Origin: Acidobacteriota bacterium
Lineage (GTDB): Bacteria; Acidobacteriota; Thermoanaerobaculia; Gp7-AA8
NCBI GenBank assembly: GCA_021781455.1
Contig: JAJXWV010000041.1
Location: forward strand, 75,484-139,483
Length of the DNA: 64,000 bases
Reading direction: 5' to 3'
Positions 29,230 to 38,304 of the stretch are shown here, piece by piece. How positions within the stretch are numbered: the stretch's first letter is position 1; every line of letters begins with the position of its first letter. A model generated the notes under the pieces. It worked only from the letters and a program-made list of their open reading frames with translations, did no database searches and was not told the DNA's origin. Position numbers and translations under genes: made by a program.

Positions 29230-31620
29230 TCAGTGGAAAACGACTTCGTTTGTTGCGCCGACTCGCAGGTGCGGCAGGCCAGCGACGAGATACGGGACGG
29301 TAAACACGTCTGTGCCTGTGGCAAAGTCGTGCGGAAGGGACGCCGGATCCGGGCCCAGGATTACATCGACGATATCCGTTGTGTAGATGTCGTACACCTC
29401 AACAGCCGCCCGACCAATAAGCATGAACGGAGCACGCCGGAAACGCTGGTGCTGCGCAAACGCTGATTGTGGAATTCTCACACCGTTCACGACAAGCCCG
29501 ATAATCGCTGTCGATTGCTTTAGCGACGGCGCTACAGCGATTCGGATTGCTCTCGTCGCGCTGAGCCCTGGTGGAGCGATTTCAGTCGGGAGCCCGCCTG
29601 GATCAGCAGACACGGCCGGTATTACATAAAGTGGTGATGCACCGACAAGCACGGTGTACTCTGGAGCGCCATGGTTAAGATGAAACCGGATATCGCCGTT
29701 CTCATCGACAGCCGCGTGCTCGGTGACTGTTCCATCGGCCAGGCACCAGTATGCGAGACTGTACTTGCCAGTCCCAACATGGGCGTGGCGTTCGGCCGCA
29801 GGCCGCAAGGCGATGCTCACCTCCTGCACATCCTTAAGGATTTCGACCGTGTCGCACGCGGACTTATAGTTAGCGGCCTCCGCACAGATACGAGTAGTTT
29901 TCCCGGACGGCAGCGAGTCTACGACTACCCGTCCGTTCGAGTCCCGCTCTCCAGGCATCATGTATAGACCTTGGGTGTCACCCTTGTCTCGGAACACGGT
30001 CGCAATCGCTCTGGCGTCCGGGAGCGGTGATCCGGTTACTGCATCTGTGACCGTCACTTCGACCTTGTTGATTGGAACGTCGATATCGTAACCAGCCCCC
30101 GCCGCGACTTCACTTTCAGGAACGTGAATGTACTCGAACGAGTGATCGCAAGCCTTGACCTGAATGTTGGTCTTGCCGGGTGATGCAGTTAGGTAAGCGC
30201 CGTACTCGCCACTCGGTGTGGAAACGGCTGAACCCGTGCGGAATAAGAGTTGTGCGACGACCGGCTTTCCACCCCGCGTTATGCGGCCGGCGACGTAGAA
30301 ACCTCGTCCTGACATCGTCAGCCTGATTGATTCGCCAGGCGCAGTCTCGACGGTGTCCATAGCCGCGGTGTGCGAGCCACGTGAAACGGTGACTAGGTAA
30401 GCGCCGGGCGTCAGTCCAGCAAATTGCGTGACCGCGCTCGAAGCAGTAGCCCAGTCACCTCGCTTCTCCTGAATGACCGTGCACCGCTTCGGTGTATCCA
30501 CGGTCAGCCTGATCGAATGCAGGTATTTTCCGCAGTCGTATACGGCAATGTTCGGCCGCTCCGCCTGATCAGCGTTTGCCCGAAGAGGGTCGGTTACGGC
30601 ATCGCATGAGACTCGATTCGGTTGCGACCACCCAGCTATGTCCGTCACTGTCACGTCTAACGCCGAGCCAACGTGTACAGGTATCAGGTCCGAAATCACT
30701 AGTCCGCCCGGGGTAATACTGACCGGAACCTGCTGCGCAAGCCACCGAGCGCCGCCGATCAGAAGTGTGGCATCCCCGGGTGGAACGTCATCGAATACAA
30801 AGATGTTGTTTAGTAGATTCTGAGAATACATCGGCGCAAGAATTGGCGCGTGTGGACGACCGCGGCCATCCCTGAGTGTCACGTCGGGTACGGCTTGCTT
30901 GCCTAAGAGTGCCAAGAATTGCTGTGAGTAGAGCTGCGCGCACACAACTCCGCCTTCGGTGGTCGCCACCAGTCCTTGTCCTGTGAACGGGTCCACCGGG
31001 CGAAGCGCCGTCATGACGTACTGGGTGTTATTGATGGCGCGTACGAGCAGAGTCTTGCCCGCGCCGACGGTCGCCAAGCTTCCGATCCTCGTCGGCTTTC
31101 CTCCGTGAACGATGACGGGCAATAACGGTGTGTCTGCGGGCACCAGGATTGACGTCGCACCGCGGGGTACTGGAATCACAGCTCCGCGGTTCTTAGCCGT
31201 CTCCCCTTCAAGTATGGCCACGTCATCAGCGGTGGCCAAATCCTTGTTGACCACCGACAGGTCGAGAGTTGCAGCGGCCGCGAGATCGAGGCTGACTCCT
31301 TTCACAGCTTGCGCGTCGGTTGTACCGGTGATGAAACCGTGATTAGCACTGATCAACCCTCGCGGGTGACGCGCGTAAACACCGAAACCGTTAGGCGGAA
31401 TCTCAATGAGCTTATCTGCAGGCAGACAACGCACCTGACCAGCAGTAGCGAAAACGCTGAATGGGTTCGCCAGGTCCATGGGGTAAAAACAGACCTCGGA
31501 ACCCGGTAAACGTTCTCCGGCGTAGCGGATGCGAAAATCGACGCGCCCGTGGACCACGAGAGCGACGAGGGTAATCGCCACGGACATTGCGGATGCTTTG
31601 AGAGCCGTTCGACAGGTCAT
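29230..31620 (-). CDS. 796-aa exported protein with carboxypeptidase-regulatory-like beta-sandwich domains
   Basis: Long ORF with hydrophobic N-terminus; FDDVPPGDATL, FAGLTPGAYLV, VTDAVTGSPLPDA motifs. Confidence 0.8.
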   Translation of the reverse strand: MTCRTALKASAMSVAITLVALVVHGRVDFRIRYAGERLPGSEVCFYPMDLANPFSVFATAGQVRCLPADKLIEIPPNGFGVYARHPRGLISANHGFITGTTDAQAVKGVSLDLAAAATLDLSVVNKDLATADDVAILEGETAKNRGAVIPVPRGATSILVPADTPLLPVIVHGGKPTRIGSLATVGAGKTLLVRAINNTQYVMTALRPVDPFTGQGLVATTEGGVVCAQLYSQQFLALLGKQAVPDVTLRDGRGRPHAPILAPMYSQNLLNNIFVFDDVPPGDATLLIGGARWLAQQVPVSITPGGLVISDLIPVHVGSALDVTVTDIAGWSQPNRVSCDAVTDPLRANADQAERPNIAVYDCGKYLHSIRLTVDTPKRCTVIQEKRGDWATASSAVTQFAGLTPGAYLVTVSRGSHTAAMDTVETAPGESIRLTMSGRGFYVAGRITRGGKPVVAQLLFRTGSAVSTPSGEYGAYLTASPGKTNIQVKACDHSFEYIHVPESEVAAGAGYDIDVPINKVEVTVTDAVTGSPLPDARAIATVFRDKGDTQGLYMMPGERDSNGRVVVDSLPSGKTTRICAEAANYKSACDTVEILKDVQEVSIALRPAAERHAHVGTGKYSLAYWCLADGTVTEHAAVDENGDIRFHLNHGAPEYTVLVGASPLYVIPAVSADPGGLPTEIAPPGLSATRAIRIAVAPSLKQSTAIIGLVVNGVRIPQSAFAQHQRFRRAPFMLIGRAAVEVYDIYTTDIVDVILGPDPASLPHDFATGTDVFTVPYLVAGLPHLRVGATNEVVFH

Positions 31621-31629
31621 CGGCAGATC

Positions 31630-32136
31630 TCAGCAGTTCTGGCAGAAGCACGCCCCGTGGATCTCGATTCCGTCCCTGCAATAGTTCAGATAGTACACTG
31701 ACTGGCACGAGCGGTTGTCGGGATAGGGCAACGATGGGTTGCACAGCCAAAACGCGTCGCAGGTAGTCGGAAAGCAGTTCGACAGCGGCGTGGCGGAGTC
31801 GGATTGTGGAGTTTGGTTCGCTGCAATGGTCGACCAGACTATATCAGTTTTGGCGGTCTCCGTGACTTTCGTTGAATGCCGCAGCCATACACTAGTGGCC
31901 TGTATTGGTTGAATTGGTACCAGTGGCGCCGGGATCGGCGACGTGAGCGAGGCGCGCCGACGCAGGCATAGCGGTGACTATGCTGAGGAGGCGCAACGAA
32001 GCTCACGGCGTCGAGACCAAGCCAGGTGGTACCAATTCAGCCGATACAGGCCACTAGGTGCGCCAGTCATGGTTGGCGTGACAATCAGAAGTGATATTGA
32101 TATTGCGAGGAGAACCATGATCTGCGATCTGTTCAT
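31630..32136 (-). pseudogene. Secreted 8-Cys peptide gene (114 aa) interrupted by a MITE
   Basis: GGAGG RBS and ATG 32136; removing 162 bp restores MNRSQIMVLLAISISLLIVTPTMTGAPSVWLRH...NCFPTTCDAFWLCNPSLPYPDNRSCQSVYYLNYCRDGIEIHGACFCQNC*. Confidence 0.88.
31892..32057. mobile_element. MITE with ~30-bp terminal inverted repeats and CTAG/TA target (IS630-like ends)
   Basis: CTAGTGGCCTGTATTGGTTGAATTGGTACC vs GGTACCAATTCAGCCGATACAGGCCACTAG (2 mismatches); internal GCATAG-cggtga-CTATGC hairpin. Confidence 0.88.
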
Positions 32137-32574
32137 GTTTCCCTCCTTGGTATGAGCTAACTGGTTGATGAGCGCTGTACCCCGGGCTGAACACAGTGAC
32201 GGAAGGAGTGCATGCCTGGCTAACGCCCGGCCGCACGCCCACAACATGGGATCTCCACCATAGGAGGATCGTGATACGCCGTACCGGTGGGCGTGAGGTC
32301 GCATGATGATCGCTTGTAGGACTCTCGCGTGGTATCGCCTGGTCGTTACTGTAAGGCATTCGGTGAGGACGCGGCGTGACGTGCTCGGCTGCTTCGGGAG
32401 ATCGGGATAGAGTTCGAAAATCCAACCCGTGAAACGGTTGTTGCCGATGAATTCTCCAACCGCGGACAGCGCCTGAAGCGTCGTCCGTTCGGTCGGAATC
32501 CCTGCCGCCACTCCGAATGACCTGGTGCCGCCGTCCCGCGTTGCAGAAGTCGACAACGCGCTGGGAATCTCGCC

Positions 32575-33064
32575 GTGGCGAACCTCCCGGTCCTCGACCT
32601 GAGCAAGTACCTCCTGACCGTCGAAAACGAGGGTGAGCTCTTCGAGTACGTTCTCCGCATCGCGAAGCATGAGGTGGCTCGTGATGGCGCTGTCGATGTC
32701 GGTGATGCGGAGATGCTCGACATTTCGCGATGGCTGCATCGACAAATTCGCCTCATCGAAAACGCGGAGAAGCCGCTTTCATTCAAACGGCTAAAGTCGA
32801 TCCTCTCGCGCTTCGAATCCACGTTCGCGCACCCGCACAAAGGCAATCGAATCGACATCTACCGCCACGGCAGATGGACGCAGGTTCATTACCGTGGCGA
32901 TGGCAGCGAGGTTCAGCGGAATACGATTCGAAAGATTCGGCAGGATCTCAAGCCTGAGCGATGACGATGGCAACGATTCGATGATCTTCTACGACGCTCG
33001 TGACCGAGTACCCGAATTCGTGCACAGATATCGCCGCACGCTCGACCGTCTCGCAAAGCTGTGA
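32575..33064 (+). pseudogene. Frameshifted remnant resembling the C-terminal HicA-like region of some Fic/Doc-family proteins
   Basis: One extra base near 32953; its removal joins IRKIRQDLK to LSDDDGNDSMIFYDARDRVPEFVHRYRRTLDRLAKL*; family call from memory. Confidence 0.55.
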
Positions 33065-33459
33065 ACGAGCAACATGAGCAACGAAGAAATCGTGAATGGC
33101 CCGCTTGCTCGTAGGAACGTCGGCGATTCGCTGCTGGCCGCGTGACCTGAAGGCGCTTTGAGCGGCGCCGGTCCGCCCTGCGACGGCGAATCTGTCATGC
33201 CGATTCTGGGTGAACTGGACCCTTCGCGAATGCTACATGCATTTTCGAGGCCGCCATGCCAATCGCGAGTCCTTGAAAAGCTGGGCATACCCACCTCGTC
33301 ACCGCGTTGTTATTGCGTCGAGTCGAGCGTCTGTACGAACACTGTCCGTGAATTGTTCTTGCTCTCGGCGAAACTCAGCATGAACAGACGCTACTCGCGA
33401 CGACGGGAATCTCCGCGAACTCTCTCAGGCTTTTGCGTTGCGTTATCCTGACGTCCGTT

Positions 33460-33547
33460 GCCTCGGTGGCGGAATGGCAGACGCTGCGGACTTAAAATCC
33501 GCTGCTCCGTGAGGGGCGTGCCGGTTCGAGTCCGGCCCGAGGCACCA
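33460..33547 (+). tRNA. tRNA-Leu(TAA)
   Basis: GCCTCGG/CCGAGGC acceptor, GCGGA-CTTAAAA-TCCGC, long variable arm, GTTCGAG, encoded CCA. Confidence 0.97.
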
Positions 33548-33550
33548 GAC

Positions 33551-33640
33551 GAGCGGGAAGCGGGCAGCGGGTAGGACGACGGTGCTCGCCACCATCCGCG
33601 CCTCCTACCCGCTACTCGCTACCCGCTACCCGCTACCCGC
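33551..33640. repeat. Inverted heptamer array element (GCGGGYA ... TACCCGC)
   Basis: gcgggaagcgggcagcgggtag ... (ctacccg)n; a partial arm recurs at 42905-42935. Confidence 0.8.
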
Positions 33641-33686
33641 TTCGTTATCATTCGCCGCTGCCACTTTCCACCCCACCGGAGGAATC

Positions 33687-34862
<1,176 letters not shown>

Positions 34863-34866
34863 CCTC

Positions 34867-34952
34867 TATTTAGGATCTGAGATTGATGATTGATGAACCG
34901 ATGAAGGAGTGGGCTCATCGGTTCATCAATCATCAATCTCAAATCTCAAATA
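34867..34952. repeat. Inverted heptamer array/hairpin (GATTGAT ... ATCAATC) between convergent genes
   Basis: TGAGATTGATGATTGATGAACCGATGA...TCATCGGTTCATCAATCATCAATCTCA perfect stem. Confidence 0.88.
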
Positions 34953-34958
34953 GCGGCG

Positions 34959-35567
34959 CTACTCCATCTCCTCGAGCGCCTGACGCGCCTGTTCCCAGAT
35001 CTCCGGCGCCATGCGCTTGACGCGGCTGTCGGCGACGATGCGGCGGAGGGGTGGGACAGCGTCCGGAACGCGGAAGACGTCATCGTCGCGGATGGCCTGG
35101 ACGGCTACGAACTGCACCGGCCCGTAGGCATCGCTCAGGGCCGGAACGAGGGCGGCGGCGGCTTCCGGGGTGTGCAATGCGACCAGCGCGTTGGCGGCGG
35201 CGTAGCGGATGGTGGCGTCCTCGCTCGTGACCATCCTGCCGAGCGCTGCGATGACGGCAGGATCGGGTTTCGCGGAGCCGAGAGCCGAGACGTAGACCGT
35301 GGCGTTCGGCTCGGCAGCATCCAGCCGGGCCAGCAGCGCTCCGGGATCCGCTTTCGCTACTTCGCTCAGGACGTGAGTGAGGGCCTCCACGACCTGGTGA
35401 GGATGGTGGTCGCGTGTCTCGGTGCCGTTCATCGCTTCGGCCACGGCGTCGACCGCATCGGGACCGAGGGAAGCGATCTCGCCGAGGTCCGGATTGTCGC
35501 GGCGCAACGCGTCTACCGGACTGGCCACGATCCGGGCGACGATCTCGCGGGCGCGAGCGCTGGTCAT
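34959..35567 (-). CDS. HEAT-repeat protein
   Basis: DATIRYAAANALVAL, LVPALSDAYGPVQFVAVQAI. Confidence 0.8.
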   Translation of the reverse strand: MTSARAREIVARIVASPVDALRRDNPDLGEIASLGPDAVDAVAEAMNGTETRDHHPHQVVEALTHVLSEVAKADPGALLARLDAAEPNATVYVSALGSAKPDPAVIAALGRMVTSEDATIRYAAANALVALHTPEAAAALVPALSDAYGPVQFVAVQAIRDDDVFRVPDAVPPLRRIVADSRVKRMAPEIWEQARQALEEME

Positions 35568-36059
35568 CTACTCCTCTTTCTGCGTCATCCGTTGGCGCCT
35601 GGCGAGACGCTGCAGAAAATCGAATGCAATTCCGCCGCTGGTCTTCTTCAGCGACAGGAGGTAGGTCGCAATCGCCACGGCTCCTCCGATCCATGCCAGC
35701 GCGCCGACTTCGCGCGAATGCGGGAAGAACGGCCAGATCGTAAAGAGCAGGGCACCGACACCACCGACCGCGAGCATCATCACCCGCTGCACTCTCGGCG
35801 CGTCGACGTCTCGGTCGCAGGTCAGGGTGACAGTGGTCTCGGAGTCCTGGTGCGGCAGCCATGAAACGGTGCACTCGACCGAGCCGGTTGCGGCGACGCC
35901 GCGCCTGAGCGGAAGCACGAACCGCCGCCGCCGCTCGCCGGACTCGCGAAGTTGCCCGCCGTACAGGTCGATGAGCTCGGCAATGGACTCGTCGATTCCT
36001 TCTTCCGGGATGCGGTCTTCGGTGAAGCTCACCGGGACTGCGGGGCTCGAGTCTGTCAT
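35568..36059 (-). CDS. Hypothetical membrane protein (2 TM)
   Basis: Operonic, abuts both neighbours; two C-terminal hydrophobic helices. Confidence 0.75.
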   Translation of the reverse strand: MTDSSPAVPVSFTEDRIPEEGIDESIAELIDLYGGQLRESGERRRRFVLPLRRGVAATGSVECTVSWLPHQDSETTVTLTCDRDVDAPRVQRVMMLAVGGVGALLFTIWPFFPHSREVGALAWIGGAVAIATYLLSLKKTSGGIAFDFLQRLARRQRMTQKEE

Positions 36060-37768
36060 TCCGTTCTCCTGAGCCAGGCGGCGCGAATCTCGTTGACCGG
36101 CTCGATGACGCGCAGTTTCACGTCGACACTGCCATCGCGGCGAAGCGTTGCGCGATGCCGCGTCAGCCGTCCGCTCCGCGACGCCGTGATCTCGATCTCG
36201 CTCCCCTCGCCTGCTGCGGCAACGATGCGCTGGACGTCGGCCTCCGAACGCGTGCGCATCGAGTCAATGGCCAGGAGCTCATCCCCCGGCAGGAGACCGG
36301 CGGCCATGGCCGTTCCCCCTCTGACGACCGAATCGACGATCAACGCACCCTCGGCGATTCGAAGTTTTGCGCCGAGCGCCGGATCGCGCGGCGCTGCCTC
36401 GAAGGCAACACCGGCCGCGGCAAACAATTCCTCGTAGGGCGGCCGCTCCGTTCCGTGAACGTAGCGCTGGAAAAATTCATCGAAGCCATTCCCGCCGAGA
36501 AGCCTGACCGCGCACTCGAAGCCGTCCTCCTCGAGGCCACGCCTGCTCTGGCCGTACTCGGACCACAGATGGCGCACGACTTCGTCCAGCGACCTGCCCG
36601 CCCTGGAGCGCAGGGCCAGGTCGAGCATGGCCGCGATCACCTCGCCCTTGTCGTAGAACGAGAACCAGCTGTTTCCCTTGTCATGCGGCCGTGACGGGTC
36701 CTGCAGCCATCCGTCGAAGCTGGCTTGCGCGAGCGACAGGTGGCGCGAGGCGGTCGACGATTCGATCACCCCGATCACCCTGGCGAGATGGTCGAGGTAC
36801 TTCTGCTCGTCGATCACGCCTGCCCGCTCCATGGTCAGCGCCGCGAAATAGGAGGTGACGCCTTCCATCGCCCAGAGCAATCGGGTCGGCGCCTCGGTCG
36901 TGTAGTCATATGGCACGAATGCCGCCGGGACGATCCGCTTGACGTTCCAGAGGTGGAAGAGCTCATGGGCGATGATCGAGAGCAGGTGCTCGTAGCCTTC
37001 GTCTCCCCGCTTCGCTCCGTAGACCGCGTCGCGGCGGGCGACGATGGAGGACGAATCTTCGTGCTCGACACCGTGCCAGCGGTCGCCGACGTGGATGAGG
37101 AAGCGGTACTCCCGCGCGGGGATTTCTCCGAAGATGGCTGACTGGGCACGGGCGATGGCACGCAAGGGCTCGACGTATTGCAGCGTGTCGATCCCCTCGT
37201 CGCCGAGGAAGACCAGGTGGATCGCCGAACCGCAGTCGTCGAACGTGTGATGGGTCATGCGGGGAGCCGCAATCGCAGGCGAGTCGATCAGATGGTCGTA
37301 GTCGCGCGCTTCGAATCGATGCTCGAGGCGATCGCCCCGTGCGGCCGTCGAGAGGTGAGGCAACTGGGTCTCGACTCGCCACTGCCCCGGTGTGCGAACG
37401 AGAAGCACAGCCGGCTCTTCGCGCAGACCTTCGACCATCATGAAGAGGTTCGAGCCGTTGAAGTAGGCCTCGTCCGGGTCGAGGAAGCTCGATCCGGCGT
37501 CGAGCACGCCTGCGTAGTAGCGATAGCGCATTACCACCCGATCGCCGGCACGCACGTCGATCCGCCACGAGGCTTTGCCGTCCTTCCAGACCGCCGCACC
37601 GGCGCTCCATTCGCGCACGTTCATGGCGAAGTTCTCGATCTGGTAGCGCCCCGGCCGCCACGACGGCAGGACCAGCCGTGGACGATCGGCGGGCGCGAGA
37701 AAACGGATCTCGATGTCGTAGAGCCGTTCGGCGGGATCGCTCCACGAGATTTCGTATTCAACGGGCAT
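36056..37768 (-). CDS. M61 glycyl aminopeptidase with PDZ domain
   Basis: PSWRPGRY, GVEH, AHELFHLWNVKRI, LLWAMEGVTSY; C-terminal PDZ. Confidence 0.93.
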   Translation of the reverse strand: MPVEYEISWSDPAERLYDIEIRFLAPADRPRLVLPSWRPGRYQIENFAMNVREWSAGAAVWKDGKASWRIDVRAGDRVVMRYRYYAGVLDAGSSFLDPDEAYFNGSNLFMMVEGLREEPAVLLVRTPGQWRVETQLPHLSTAARGDRLEHRFEARDYDHLIDSPAIAAPRMTHHTFDDCGSAIHLVFLGDEGIDTLQYVEPLRAIARAQSAIFGEIPAREYRFLIHVGDRWHGVEHEDSSSIVARRDAVYGAKRGDEGYEHLLSIIAHELFHLWNVKRIVPAAFVPYDYTTEAPTRLLWAMEGVTSYFAALTMERAGVIDEQKYLDHLARVIGVIESSTASRHLSLAQASFDGWLQDPSRPHDKGNSWFSFYDKGEVIAAMLDLALRSRAGRSLDEVVRHLWSEYGQSRRGLEEDGFECAVRLLGGNGFDEFFQRYVHGTERPPYEELFAAAGVAFEAAPRDPALGAKLRIAEGALIVDSVVRGGTAMAAGLLPGDELLAIDSMRTRSEADVQRIVAAAGEGSEIEITASRSGRLTRHRATLRRDGSVDVKLRVIEPVNEIRAAWLRRTE

Positions 37769-37931
37769 CGGGGCGGGAATGATACTTCGCGTGAGTGGGA
37801 GCCGCGATTGCGCGACGGCGGCCGCACCAAGCGCAGAATGAAGCGGTTCGAAGGAAGAACAAGTCGCCCACGCCCTTCTTAGTTCTTGGCTCTCCGGGAT
37901 TGGGTCCGGCGAAATTTCGAAGAGGGCACTC

Positions 37932-38146
37932 CAGGCGGCGTAGCCGCCGTAAGAATTTAGCGGCGGCCGTCAGGCCGCCGGAGCAAGCGATCGCATCGGC
38001 GTACGAGGGCACGAAGTGCCCGACAGGAGGCCGGGGAAGCAGACCCGGGATCTGTCGCGCGCTACGCGCGCTCGGACGCTGGGTCGGTCCGATCGGACGG
38101 CGGCCTGGCGGCCGCCGCTAAATTATGCCGGCGGCTCCGCCGCCTC
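37932..38146. repeat. Composite REP/BIME-like palindrome, same family as 12964-13205
   Basis: ATTTAGCGGCGGCCGTCAGGCCGCCG at 37955-37980 is identical to 13115-13140; inverted copy at 38098-38123. Confidence 0.85.
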
Positions 38147-38304
38147 GACAAAGCCCCACTGGCGAGTTAGACGTCAGGCGACTGGGGGTGAGGGGTTCTC
38201 CGCAAACGATCGACTCAGTGGCCATGCAGCAAACGCTCCTTCTCCATGACGGCCCGTCGCGACGGCTAACTCCGGATGCTCGTGTAGAATGCGACGACTC
38301 GCGC

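Larger units (their letters stand above)
29147..33341. mobile_element. Integrase-less genomic islet at tRNA-Leu
   Basis: Bounded by the tRNA-Leu direct repeats; visibly lower GC and atypical codon use; contains a MITE and a pseudogene. Confidence 0.65.

Noticed and set aside
31978..32745. 255-aa ORF from the track
   Set aside because: Chimera of antisense pseudogene sequence, the true peptide N-terminus (ATG 32136 with RBS) and MITE sequence.
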